Shown here piece after piece: positions 31,164-41,293 of a stretch of DNA of 64,000 bases. The position numbers and the translations under genes were made by a program. The DNA is from an uncultured Gemmataceae bacterium. GTDB taxonomy: Bacteria > Planctomycetota > Planctomycetia > Gemmatales > Gemmataceae. Position 1 is the stretch's first letter, and the number at the start of each line of letters is the position of its first letter. The DNA is taken from the NCBI GenBank assembly GCA_963804745.1, contig CAWDRY010000012.1:30562-94561 (forward strand), read 5' to 3'. The notes beneath the pieces were generated by a model. The model did no database searches, was not told the origin of the DNA, and saw only the letters and a list, made by a program, of their open reading frames with translations.

Positions 31164-32837
31164 ATGTTTAACGCTTCTCTCCTGGCACAGGCGCCTAACG
31201 CGGGACCATTCCCCGACATCTATTTCTGGACGGCAGGCATCGTCGCGATCACCGCCATCGTCTTCCTCAGCTCGATTATGTTCCTGGTCAAACGCTACAG
31301 GCGTTGCCCCAGCAACCGCGTGCTTGTCATCTTCGGCAAGGTACGCGGCGGCGACGCGGCCAAATGTATTCACGGCGGCGCCGCCTTCGTTCTGCCGCTC
31401 ATCCAGGACCATGCCTATCTCAACCTGGAGCCGATCCAGATCGAGATTCCGCTCAAGGGCGCCCTGTCCATCGAGAACATCCGCGTCAACGTGCCCAGCG
31501 TCTTCACCGTGGCCATAGGAACTGAAATGGAAGTCATGCAGAATGCTGCGATTCGCCTCCTGGGCCTGAACAGCGAGGAGATTCAGGAGCAGGTCGAGCA
31601 CATCATCTTCGGCCAGCTCCGCCAGGTCATCGCCTCGATGCGCATCGAAGACATCAACCGGCACCGCGAGCAATTCCTGCACAAAATACAGGAATCGCTG
31701 GAGCCGGAGTTGCGCAAGATCGGCATGGTGCTCATCAACGTCAACATCACCGACGTGACCGACGAGTCCGGGTATATTGAAGCCATTGGCCGCAAGGCCG
31801 CTTCCCAAGCCGTGCAGCAGGCCAAGGTCGATGTGGCCCAGCAGGAAAAGATGGGGCAGATCGGCATTGCCGAGGCTGAACGCGAAAAGGCCATCCAGGT
31901 CGCCAACGCCGGCAAGCTCCGCGAGATCGGCACCCGCGAGGCCATGCGCGAGCAAGCCGTCCGCATCGCGCAACTGGAAAAGGAACAGAAGATCGGCGAG
32001 CAGACCGCTGGCTTCGAGCGTGAGGCTCAGGTCAAAGATGCTGAACGGCAGATGCGTATTGCCACCGCCGGTTTCAACGCCAAGGCCGTGGCCGGCGAAG
32101 CCGAATCTCAGGCCGAAATCGCTCTTGCCCAGGCCAATTTGCAAGTGAAACAGGCTGAAGCATTCCGGCTCGGTGAGACCCGCAAGCGCGAGGCCGAAGC
32201 CGCTGTGCAGGAAGCACAGAACCGGGCCATGGCCAAGGCCGCCCTGGCCCAGGCGGAACGTGTCGAGGCCGAGAAGCGGGCCGCCGTGGAAGCTCCTGCA
32301 AAGGCCGAAAAGGCCCGCGTCATCGTTGAGGCCGAGGCCGAGGCCGAGAAGCGCCGCATTGAGGCGGAAGGCCAGGCGAAAGCCATCTTCGCCAAGCTCG
32401 AAGCCGAGGCCAACGGCCAGTACGAGATTCTGGCCAAGAAGGGCGAAGGTCTCAAGAGAATCATCGACGCCTGCGGCGGCGCGCCGCAAGCGTTCCAACT
32501 GCTCATGTTGGAACACCTCGATACGCTGGCCCAGACGGCGTCGCAAGCCATCGCCAACATCAAGTTCGACAAGGTCGTCGTCTGGGAAGGCGGCAGCAAC
32601 GCCAACGGCACCACCAACACGGCACACTTCCTGCAAAACATGGCCCGGTTCATGCCGCCCATGATGCAGGTCATGAAGGACATCGGCGGCGTCGAGATGC
32701 CGGAATACCTGGCCAGGCTGTCGCCGGAAAGCAAAACGGACGGCGCCCCTGCGCCGGTTTCTCCCGTGGCCTCCGTCCGGCCTGAACCCATGCAGGAGAA
32801 GCCCGCCCCGGCGAAGGCGCCGGCGCCAAAAGTATGA
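31164..32837 (+). CDS. floT: flotillin (SPFH/band-7 domain protein with Glu/Ala-rich coiled-coil repeats)
   Basis: N-terminal TM, SPFH core, AEAEAEKRRIEAEGQAKA repeats, Ala/Pro-rich tail. Confidence 0.85.
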   Translation: MFNASLLAQAPNAGPFPDIYFWTAGIVAITAIVFLSSIMFLVKRYRRCPSNRVLVIFGKVRGGDAAKCIHGGAAFVLPLIQDHAYLNLEPIQIEIPLKGALSIENIRVNVPSVFTVAIGTEMEVMQNAAIRLLGLNSEEIQEQVEHIIFGQLRQVIASMRIEDINRHREQFLHKIQESLEPELRKIGMVLINVNITDVTDESGYIEAIGRKAASQAVQQAKVDVAQQEKMGQIGIAEAEREKAIQVANAGKLREIGTREAMREQAVRIAQLEKEQKIGEQTAGFEREAQVKDAERQMRIATAGFNAKAVAGEAESQAEIALAQANLQVKQAEAFRLGETRKREAEAAVQEAQNRAMAKAALAQAERVEAEKRAAVEAPAKAEKARVIVEAEAEAEKRRIEAEGQAKAIFAKLEAEANGQYEILAKKGEGLKRIIDACGGAPQAFQLLMLEHLDTLAQTASQAIANIKFDKVVVWEGGSNANGTTNTAHFLQNMARFMPPMMQVMKDIGGVEMPEYLARLSPESKTDGAPAPVSPVASVRPEPMQEKPAPAKAPAPKV

Positions 32838-32893
32838 TCCAATCACCGTGCCGAAAAGGTGTCAGCTAGCATGATGGCGCTCACGGTGGCGAC

Positions 32894-33193
32894 TCATTTG
32901 GTTTTCCCAGGATTTGTCGGAGAAGCCTGCGAAATGAACGCTCGGATGAGCAGCGGGGCTGAGGCACCGACGTTAACGGCGAGAATTGGTTTAAGGGGAA
33001 TATCTGATTCGAGGTAGACGATGACAAGTACCCCGCCCGCGCAGATCATGAGAATCGTGAGAAACCAATAAAACCATGACTTGAACCAATCTGGCAGATC
33101 ATCGGGTGACTGCCGTCGGAGTTCAAAGAGGCCCACCAATTCCGCCAACAATCCGCCAAGAACACCAAAGAGGAACCCTGCGGGCAAGCTCAT
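32894..33193 (-). CDS. small hypothetical membrane protein (2-3 TM)
   Basis: hydrophobic segments; operonic with 33212..33508. Confidence 0.4.
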   Translation of the reverse strand: MSLPAGFLFGVLGGLLAELVGLFELRRQSPDDLPDWFKSWFYWFLTILMICAGGVLVIVYLESDIPLKPILAVNVGASAPLLIRAFISQASPTNPGKTK

Positions 33194-33211
33194 GTCCCCT
33201 CCTTTCAGAGA

Positions 33212-33508
33212 TTACCGGAAGGACTTGGCCAGCACCGCACGCATGAAAGCAAGCGCTTCCTGAACTGTTGTCGGTCGATCCTTCAGAGTGAACAACTTAC
33301 GGCCTTGCACATCTGGTACCAGGGCTTTGCGAACAAGATCAGAGTGTTTGTCCAGAACGTTCGCAACCTCGGATTCAGAGAGACGCGTATCTTCTGCAAT
33401 TCCGGAAATGGTTCGGAAGTCCCATTCAGGATTAGCAAGCGCCGCGAACACCTCTCGTTCCTTCGGATCAGTGATCCGATCTTCCCATGTCATTGTTGCA
33501 GTTGCCAT
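33212..33508 (-). CDS. hypothetical small cytoplasmic protein downstream of rpoN
   Basis: 98-aa ORF, no recognised motif. Confidence 0.4.
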   Translation of the reverse strand: MATATMTWEDRITDPKEREVFAALANPEWDFRTISGIAEDTRLSESEVANVLDKHSDLVRKALVPDVQGRKLFTLKDRPTTVQEALAFMRAVLAKSFR

Positions 33509-33535
33509 CGCTGTCCTCCCTGTGATGTCGTTGTT

Positions 33536-35037
33536 CTACTCCGTCCAGTCCTTCCGCTGCCTTGACGAAGGGATGTTCAGCATCTTGCGATATTTGGTCA
33601 CGGTTCGCCGCGCCAACGGATAGCCCGTGTCGTGCAGCTTGTTGACCAGGTCCTCGTCGGAGAGCGGGGCGGCCTTGTCTTCTTTCTCGATGATTTCCAA
33701 CAACTTCTGCTTGATCGTCTCCCAGGCGACTTCCTCTCCCGTCGCGGTATGCGTGCCGCCGCCGAAGAAACGCTTGAGGGGGAAGATGCCGCGCGGCGTC
33801 TGCACCCATTTGTCGTCCACCGCCCGGCTGACCGTGGTGACGTGGACGCCGACCTGGTCGGCAATCTGCTGCATCTTGAGCGGCTCGATGAACTCCGGCC
33901 CCTTGTCGAGAAAGCACCGCTGGTGCTGGATGATCGCCCGCGTAACCTTCTCCAGGGTGCCGCGCCGCTGCTCGATGGACTCCAGGAGCCACTGGGCCGC
34001 CTGAATCTTGCGTTTGAAGTATTCCTTGTCCTTGGGGCTGGTGTTCTTGTCGCGGTACAGCTCCAGATAGCGCCGGCTGATGTAGATGTTGGGCACCCAG
34101 TCGTCGACCAGACGGACCGTGTACTCACCGGTTTCGGCTCTGTCGACGATGATGTCCGGGACCACGTAGGGAATGTTTTCGGCGCTGAAGCGGGCGCCCG
34201 GCTTCGGGTTGAGATGCCGCAGCGCTTCAATGGCCGTCTTGATGACCGTCAGATCGAAGCCGGTCCGCCGCTGGATCACGGGCAGGCGGTTGTGCTGAAT
34301 GTCTTCGAGATGGTTGAGAATGAGCACGCGCAGCACGTCGCGGTGCAGCGTTTCCGGGGTCAACTGCAAAAGCAGACACTCGCTCAAATCGCGGCGCCGA
34401 CTCCTGGAGGATCGAGCTTTTGGACGATCCGCAGAGATTCCTCAATCTGCTCGCTGGTGACCGGCTGCTCGAAGCTCCTGGCCAGATCCTCGCTCCTGGC
34501 CAGTTCCTCCAGAGAAGTTCGCAGGTAGCCGTTATCGTCAATGGAAGCGATCAGGTAGCGTAACAGCTTGAGCTGATCCGGCTTGAAATCGAGAAATGTA
34601 AGCTGGTCGTTCAGGTAATCCTGTAACGACTGAGGCCGTGAAGCCATGTTCTGCATGGCGTCGTGCTTCTTGTCGCCCTCTTCGTCCATGCCGTTGCGCG
34701 ACGGGCGGTGCTCTTCGTTGAAGTGATCTTCCCAATCCTTGCTCATGGCCTCCAGCCGGTCGAAGTCCAGCTCGTTGGCGCCGGTCTCCTCGATGATCAG
34801 CTCCGTGTTGTCGGGGTCGCTGGTTTCTTCGACCTCCGCGGCCGGGGCCTCCCCCTCTTCCTCCGACGTCTCGGAGCTTTCCTTCAATTCCAGCACAGGG
34901 TTCTCTTGCAGCTCCTGCTCAATGCGCTCTTGCAACGCCATGATGGGCAGTTGCAGGATTTCCATCGATTGAATCATCCGCGGAGCCAGAATCATCCTCT
35001 GGTCCATCCGCTGTGTCATCGTCGTGTCAAGTCGCAT
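33536..35037 (-). CDS. rpoN: RNA polymerase sigma-54 factor; one frameshift at ~34385 (missing C in CC/CCC run)
   Basis: region I LAPRMIQSMEILQLPIMALQERIEQELQENP, acidic region II, HTH and RpoN box ARRTVTKYR in downstream ORF. Confidence 0.9.
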
Positions 35038-35071
35038 GGCCTACATACCCTGTGACTGAATTCCTTGATAC

Positions 35072-35680
35072 TCAGAATGCCCGCCGCCCTTCGAGAGCGT
35101 CGGCCAACATTTGGCTGTTGGCAAATTCTAGCACCGAACCTGACGGCACACCACGCGCCAGCCGCGTGATCCGCACTCCCGTGGGCGCCAGCAGATTGGA
35201 AAGGTACAGCGCCGTGCCGTCGCCTTCCAACGTCGGATTGGTCGCCATGATCACTTCCTGCACGCCGCCCTGCCGGACACGCTGCAAGAGCGCCTCGATT
35301 GTCAACTGCTCCGGACCGACATTGTCCAGCGGAGCCAGACGCCCGTGCAGCACGTGGTACAGACCGCGGTAATTCCCGGCCCGCTCCAGTGCGGTCAGGT
35401 CGCGGGGCTGCTCGACCACACAGACCAGCGACGGATCGCGCCGGGCGTCCCCGCACAGATTGCACAGATCGTTTTCTGTAAGGTTGAAGCACTGCCGGCA
35501 CTGCCGTACTTCGTCCTTGACCGCTCGCAAGGCCTCCGCCAGCGCCAGGACCACCTCACGATCCGCCGCCAGCAGGTAGTGCGTCAAGCGTTCCGCCGTC
35601 TTGGGTCCGATACCCGGCAGCTTGCTCAACTCCAGAACAAGACGGGCAATGGCTCCTGCCGGCTCTATGTCCACGTTCAT
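35072..35680 (-). CDS. recR: recombination protein RecR
   Basis: HhH LSKLPGIGPKTAERL, C4 zinc finger CRQC...CNLC, Toprim VVEQPRD. Confidence 0.9.
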   Translation of the reverse strand: MNVDIEPAGAIARLVLELSKLPGIGPKTAERLTHYLLAADREVVLALAEALRAVKDEVRQCRQCFNLTENDLCNLCGDARRDPSLVCVVEQPRDLTALERAGNYRGLYHVLHGRLAPLDNVGPEQLTIEALLQRVRQGGVQEVIMATNPTLEGDGTALYLSNLLAPTGVRITRLARGVPSGSVLEFANSQMLADALEGRRAF

Positions 35681-35825
35681 CTGCTCCGTAGGTTAGGCTT
35701 TCCAGCCTGACCCAGCGTAACTGTACCCTCGCTTGCGCGTTCGGGCTAGTGTCCTATCGTTAGCCCGACTGCGCAAGCGAGGGTAAACTAACTGCTGCCG
35801 CTCGCCTTAGCGCTGTCGTCTTAGC

Positions 35826-36179
35826 TCACTCGCCGGGTTCTCCATCTCCCGGCGAACTTAGCCCCGGCATGAGATTGAACCCCGATGTGACCTTGCTCGT
35901 CTCCTCGGCCATCAACTGCCGGGCACGCTCCAGCGCCTGATTGACGGCGGAACGGATCAGGTCTTCGAGCATTTCCAGGTCGTTCATCCGGAAAGCTTCT
36001 TCACTGATTCGGCACGAGACAACCTCGAGCCGGCCGTTGACCCGGGCGCGGACCATGCCGCCGCCCGCGTCGCCTTCAGCGTAAATCTGACCCAAACGCT
36101 GCTGGAGACGCTCCATTTCCTCGCGGATTTTCGGCAACTGCCGCATCAGGCCGGCGATCTGTCCCAACTCTTTAAGCAT
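35826..36179 (-). CDS. ybaB: YbaB/EbfC nucleoid-associated protein
   Basis: ~115 aa, GGGMVRARVNGRLEVVSCRISEE typical of DUF149. Confidence 0.85.
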   Translation of the reverse strand: MLKELGQIAGLMRQLPKIREEMERLQQRLGQIYAEGDAGGGMVRARVNGRLEVVSCRISEEAFRMNDLEMLEDLIRSAVNQALERARQLMAEETSKVTSGFNLMPGLSSPGDGEPGE

Positions 36180-36182
36180 AGG

Positions 36183-38005
36183 TCACGCTTCCTCGGCATT
36201 TACCGTCGCGGCTCGGTCCTCGGATTGTCCGGAAACGGCTGCAAAACCTTCATCCACCCGGTCGCGGATAAAGCGCGCTCCCAGCACTTCCATGGCCCTT
36301 TGAATCAACGGTTCCTTTTCCGCCTCGCTCAGGGGCTGTCGTTGCCTTGCCGGGGCCGCCGCCGGATGCTCAACGGCCGGGGCCGGCGAGTCTTGGCCCA
36401 GGATCCTATTCGCTTCAATCCGGAGCTGACACGCAGGGCCGGCCACTCGACGCAGAGTTTCCATCATTCGTGCTAGACGTTCCGGCTCCTCGCAGTACTT
36501 ACGTTCCGAATTATACTGAGGTGGGAAACGCAATACTAGTGTGTTTGGCGCAGTAATTGCAGGGAGACCAGCTCTACCGAGATGGCTAGCAATGATTGTG
36601 CCGACTTGAGCGAGAACTTGCTGCCAAATCGCGGACAAAGTCTCCGGGGATAGGCTCACCGGCGCCGGGGGGGAACTGGGGCTAGCGGCCTCTCGTTCCT
36701 TTTTTTTTATGTGCTCGGCCAGAGTTGCCGGACGGGGTGATGGGGTGCCAGGAACAGAACGACTGTCCGCTGAAGCCGTTCCGCCGGCATTTCCTGCTTT
36801 ACCCTTAGGATCGGCAGACCCGGCACTTCCTGACCTGTCAAGCCATTCGGCCAGTTGCGCCAGCGGAACCAGATCGTCGAGACGAGCCAGTCGAACGAGG
36901 GCCATTTCCACCAGGACGCGGCCATGCGCGCTGCCGCGCATCCGCGCCTTGGCGCTGGCCAGGATGTCGAGGCCAGCCAGGACCGTGTCCGGCTTCAGGG
37001 AAGCGGCCTGCTTGACGAGCGCATCTCGATACCGGGAGGTTACGCTCAATTCTTGGTTCTCTGCGCCGCACAATTCACCACCATCAAATCTCGCCAGTAC
37101 TCGATCAGTTGATCGAGCAATTCACCAAGCTGCAACCCCTGGTGCGCCGCCTCTCCCAACAGTTCCAGCGCTTTCCGCGCATCGTGCTCCAGCACTGCGG
37201 TTGCCAGACTGGTGACGCGCTCGTCGTTGGCCGTGCCCAGCAACTGATGGACCTGATCGACCGTTAACTTCTCGTTGCCGAAAGCCAGCAACTGGTCGAG
37301 GAGCGACTGCGAGTCGCGCATCGATCCGCCGGCGCGCCTGGCCACCAGAGCAAGGGCCTCGTCGTCGGCCTCCATCCCCTCGTTCGCTACGATCTCGCGC
37401 AACCGTTCCACAATGGCCTGCGTGCCGATGCCGGCAAAATCGAAGCGCTGACAACGCGACAGGATCGTCACCGGGATCTTCTGTGCCTCGGTGGTGGCAA
37501 AGATGAACTTGACATGGGATGGCGGCTCCTCAAGCGTCTTGAGCAAGGCGTTGAAGGCCGGGGGCGTGAGCATGTGGACTTCGTCGATAATGTATATCTT
37601 GTAACGTCCGCGGCTGGGCCGGTACTGAACATTGCTGCGAATCTCACGAACCTCGTCGATGCCCCGATTGCTGGCGCCGTCGATCTCGAGCACGTCCACA
37701 TCCTCGCCGGTGGCAATGCTGCGACAGGCGTCGCAGACGCCACAGGGAGTCGCCGTGGGTCCCTTGACGCAGTTGAGCGCCTTGGCCAGGATGCGTGCCG
37801 TTGAGGTCTTACCGACGCCGCGAGCACCGGTGAACAGGTAGGCATGGGCGACACGATTGCTCTTCAGAGCGTTGATCAGGGCACGGGCGACCGGTTCCTG
37901 GCCAACGAGATCGCTAAACTGCTGCGGCCGATAACGCCGCGCCAGCACGGTGTATTCTTCCGGCGGTTTGGGATTGTCACTCTTGGATTTTCGACTGGTT
38001 GCCAT
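36183..38005 (-). CDS. dnaX: DNA polymerase III subunit gamma/tau; frameshift at ~37050-37070
   Basis: GARGVGKTS Walker A, CGVCDACR zinc module, IIDEVHML Walker B, SRCQRF sensor; domains IV-V continue in ORF 36183..37073. Confidence 0.9.
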
Positions 38006-38037
38006 ATCCCTGTTGTCCTTGCCTTGATGCGAATCAG

Positions 38038-38128
38038 CAATCGAAAATCGTCAGAAGCTCAGAGGTCAGAAATCACAGGTCGCCCTGCAGGTTGCCTTCT
38101 GCCTTCTGACCTCTGCCTTCTGATCTCT
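38038..38128. promoter_or_regulatory. imperfect palindrome built on GACCTCT/AGAGGTCAG heptamers upstream of dnaX
   Basis: tcagaagctcagaggtcagaa ... ttctgacctctgccttctga. Confidence 0.5.
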
Positions 38129-38278
38129 GCGAAAAAAACGCCCGCGGCAAGTCGCTGAGAGAGGCTGATCCACGCCACTCGGTCCGTTGTTTATGGCTGC
38201 ACCTTCCGGCCTGACCAGGTTCACAACTTTCCTCTGGGTGGGTCCCCTCCCCGTTTCTCACCGCGGGCAATATTCATC

Positions 38279-38363
38279 TGGTGAGTGGTGAGTGGTGAGT
38301 GGTGAGTGGTCCACAAGTTCCTCACCTACTCACCACTCACCTACTCACCACTCACTTACTCAC
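38279..38363. repeat. heptamer-repeat palindrome HPR-3, overlapping last 3 codons/stop of the cyclophilin gene
   Basis: ggtgagtggtgagtggtgagtggtgagtggtccacaagttcctcacctactcaccactcacctactcaccactcacttactcac. Confidence 0.85.
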
Positions 38364-39319
38364 AATCGTCACCTTGCGAATAACAGCCGGTTTGAGCGGG
38401 CGGCCATCCTGGTCCGGATCGTTGTCGTCGCGGCGCACAGGCTGCCGAAATATCTTATGGGCAACGTCCATCCCCTGCGTGACCTTGCCGAACACCGTGT
38501 AGGCTCCGTTGAAGAACGACATCTTGCACAGAGTAATATAGAACCTACAGGCCGCGCTGTCATCCTCCCTCCAGCGGCAGGCGCCGATTACGCCCTCCTC
38601 GTGGTCCACACTCACATTGAATTCCGACTTCATCCAGTAGCCGATGGAGCCGTGTCCGGCCTCGCCCGTGCCGAGCGGGCAACCTCCTTCAAGCTTTTCA
38701 ATGGCCAGCTTGTTGCCCTCCTCGTCTTCCAGCACGTCATGCACGGCGCGTTCAAAGACCAGACCGTCGTAGTAACCGGCCTTGGCCAGTGCCACGAAGT
38801 TGCGCACTTGATTCGGCGCCCAGTCCGGCGCAAGGCGATCTCAATGTTCCCCTGATCGGTTTCCAGCGTTGCCGTGTAGGTCAGCGGCTTGCCGTCATCG
38901 TTAACGAAACGGATCGTGTCCCACATCTGTTCCACATCAGTGTAGAGCTTGCCGACCGATTTGCCCGTCAGCGTGGTGTCCGGCGGACGCTGGAAGTCGG
39001 GAGAATCGGACGGAGGCTCCTGAATAGTAGCTTCCTTGAACGGCTGGTGCATGCGTGGATCGCCCAGCCTGGCAGAATCGCCAGGTTTTCCCTGGTTCGC
39101 AGGATTGGGCGTCTTGTCAGCCGCCTCAGGTTCCTGCTTGTGCCGGACGCAGCCAGCCGAAAAGGAGACAAGGAAAAGGAGCGACAAGGACACAAGGAGA
39201 CAGAAAAGCGCAATTACTTTCCGTGTCTCCGTGTCTCCTTGTCTCCTTGTCTCCTTCTGAAACCTTGCCCAACCCCACGTTTTCCCGCAAGCTTCCATGC
39301 CTCTTATCCTCCCGAGCAA
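38352..39319 (-). CDS. ppiB: cyclophilin-type peptidyl-prolyl cis-trans isomerase, lipoprotein; frameshift ~38815 (missing C); start uncertain
   Basis: signal/lipobox LFLVSFSAGC, KPLTYTATLETDQGNIEIAL then (frame change) PDWAPNQVRNFVALAKAGYYDG...AACRFYITL...YTVFGKVTQGMDVAHKI. Confidence 0.75.
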
Positions 39320-39510
39320 TCGTTCCCACGGCCGACCGTGAAAACGAGAGAAATATAGGCCGCTGATCCTAGTCTAGCGCACCGGAAGCGTCAATTGAGA
39401 TTCCCCGGAACCAGCAGTGCGACCAGTTCAGTTCCTTGAATCTCATTATTCCCCGCCCACCCCAACGTCACCAACGCCGTACAAACCGCCGGATCAACCG
39501 CCATAATCAC

Positions 39511-39614
39511 CTGCTCATACGTTGGCGAGCGGCGGGGTTCACCCCCGCCGTGCGTTGCCGGCGAGCGGCGGGCTTCACCCCCGCCGTGCGTTGCCGGCGA
39601 GCGGCGGGCTTCAC
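39511..39614. repeat. 36-bp tandem repeat x3, each unit a 7-bp-stem hairpin (cggcggg-cttcacc-cccgccg), followed by short CATCAGTCC-like repeats; in a >700-bp apparently noncoding region
   Basis: gttgccggcgagcggcgggcttcacccccgccgtgc repeated. Confidence 0.8.
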
Positions 39615-40094
39615 CCCCGCCGTGTTTCCCATCAGTCCCATCGCTCCCATCAGTCCCATCTCCCTCCACCCAATACCGCACCCACTCCCCCCGAATCGGC
39701 ACATCCTCCTCCGGAATACACACCAGCCGATACGCCCGCGCAGTTGGTGTCCATTGTGGGCCAGCCAGAAAGGCGTGACAAGAAACGCGGCCCCAGCGTA
39801 ACCCCGGACGCCGGGCCAGCTCGCGGAGAAACAGTTCCGCGGCCAGCGACCGTAACATATACAGGCGTATAGTCAAGGTCGGTAGAATAAGAGACAAAAG
39901 CACTCGTGTCAGGGTTTGAAGCTCCCGGCCACGGTCTGATTTGCATAACTGGTTGCTGAGATAAGCATTACGGAAAATGAGGGTGCTGTAAAATGGCCGT
40001 TTTGCTGGCCAAATGTGGCCGCGCCAAACGGCCATTCTTGGCCCCTGCTCTCGGTCTTCTTCTTTGTGCTCTTTGTGTCTTTGTGTTGAAAAAT

Positions 40095-41204
40095 TCAGAC
40101 TAAACCGCCGCCAGCGGATTGGCGATCCCCTTTTTCGGACTTACCTCCGCGAAGGAGCCGGAGCGCCGCGTAGAGCACCGCCGCCGATCCGAGAACGAGT
40201 ACGAGGATCATGGCGGAAGAGTAGAGTGCTTGAGGTACGTCGAAAAACGTCGGCAATGCCCCCAACACGAACGCCAAGGAGGCGCAGCCAAAGGCAAAGG
40301 CCGGCTTGGTTGGCAGCAGGACGGCCAAGGCGGCTAGAGTGACCGCCATCGTCATTTGAAAAAAAAGCATCCCCACAACCACCGCTACTGTATATCCCCC
40401 GGCAAAGGCAAGAAACGGCGCCGACATCACGAGCGCAGTCACGCTCACGGCAATCCATCCGAAACGGTCCGCGAGCATACCTCCAAGTGCCTTGCCGGCA
40501 AAAGCAGCTCCGGCGATAGCAAAGGCGACCTCGGGTAGCTTGGAGCAGCCCTGAACGCCGGCAACCCCGACATAAGAGCGCACCCCAATGGAGAGCAGAA
40601 GCAGCAGCGCGATGATGAGAGAGATGTGCGGTTTCCTCGTTCCCAGGCTCCCGCCTGGGAACCAGGACTTGCCTTGCTCGCCATAAGGGGTCTGAGGCGG
40701 CTTCCAGACAAGGGACATCGCGAAAGCAGCGATCAGCGCGGCGATGAAGGGAAGACTCGACACCACCTGCCCGCCCTTGCCGAGATAAGTGCCAAGTGCT
40801 AGCCCCAGCGCTCCGGGCGCAACGAAAAGACCCGGCTGCGTCGCCCGGCCAGGAGCAGCGCAAAGAGACAAGCCGCCGGCGCCCACGTGAAAGAGCGCGT
40901 TTCCACAACCGGCCAGAATGAGTGTTGTGACCGGCTCATGGGGCAGGGCAATGACGCACAGTGCCGTGAGGGCGATGCCGGCAAGTAGCGCCAGCCGAGG
41001 CCGCCTCAGAATATCCACGATCCCACCGAACAGTATCTGCCCGCCGAACGCCAACACGCCGTAGGCGATGACATAGTAGAACGCTTCCAGGTCATTCAGC
41101 TCGTGAAGTCGAATTGCGCTGAAGGTCACCCACACGGTCGTAGCGTCGATGATCGCGTGGATGATGCCCTGGACAATTGGGAAATGGCGTGCATTCCCGA
41201 TCAT
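40095..41204 (-). CDS. MFS-type transporter (~11-12 TM)
   Basis: hydropathy pattern, Gly/Ala-rich TM helices, DRFGW-like loop motif. Confidence 0.7.
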   Translation of the reverse strand: MIGNARHFPIVQGIIHAIIDATTVWVTFSAIRLHELNDLEAFYYVIAYGVLAFGGQILFGGIVDILRRPRLALLAGIALTALCVIALPHEPVTTLILAGCGNALFHVGAGGLSLCAAPGRATQPGLFVAPGALGLALGTYLGKGGQVVSSLPFIAALIAAFAMSLVWKPPQTPYGEQGKSWFPGGSLGTRKPHISLIIALLLLLSIGVRSYVGVAGVQGCSKLPEVAFAIAGAAFAGKALGGMLADRFGWIAVSVTALVMSAPFLAFAGGYTVAVVVGMLFFQMTMAVTLAALAVLLPTKPAFAFGCASLAFVLGALPTFFDVPQALYSSAMILVLVLGSAAVLYAALRLLRGGKSEKGDRQSAGGGLV

Positions 41205-41293
41205 GGCGGGTTGCCCCTCCGAAATATCTTGTCAATCCTTGACGTGACGGTCATTGGTATGATACAAAAATCAGCGAATCTCAATCCTACGTG

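Noticed and set aside
36183-38005. Programmed ribosomal frameshift in dnaX (as in E. coli gamma/tau)
   Set aside because: The frame change is required to continue into domains IV-V (full-length tau) rather than to terminate early. No A-rich slippery heptamer is present, and the same kind of 1-nt break occurs in many unrelated genes, so an assembly indel is the simpler explanation.
39391-40035. 214-aa minus-strand ORF as a protein-coding gene
   Set aside because: Its composition is driven by the 36-bp tandem repeat (HGGGEARRSPAT x3) and low-complexity flanks. It has no plausible start context directly abutting the MFS gene end. I treated it as noncoding, structured DNA.
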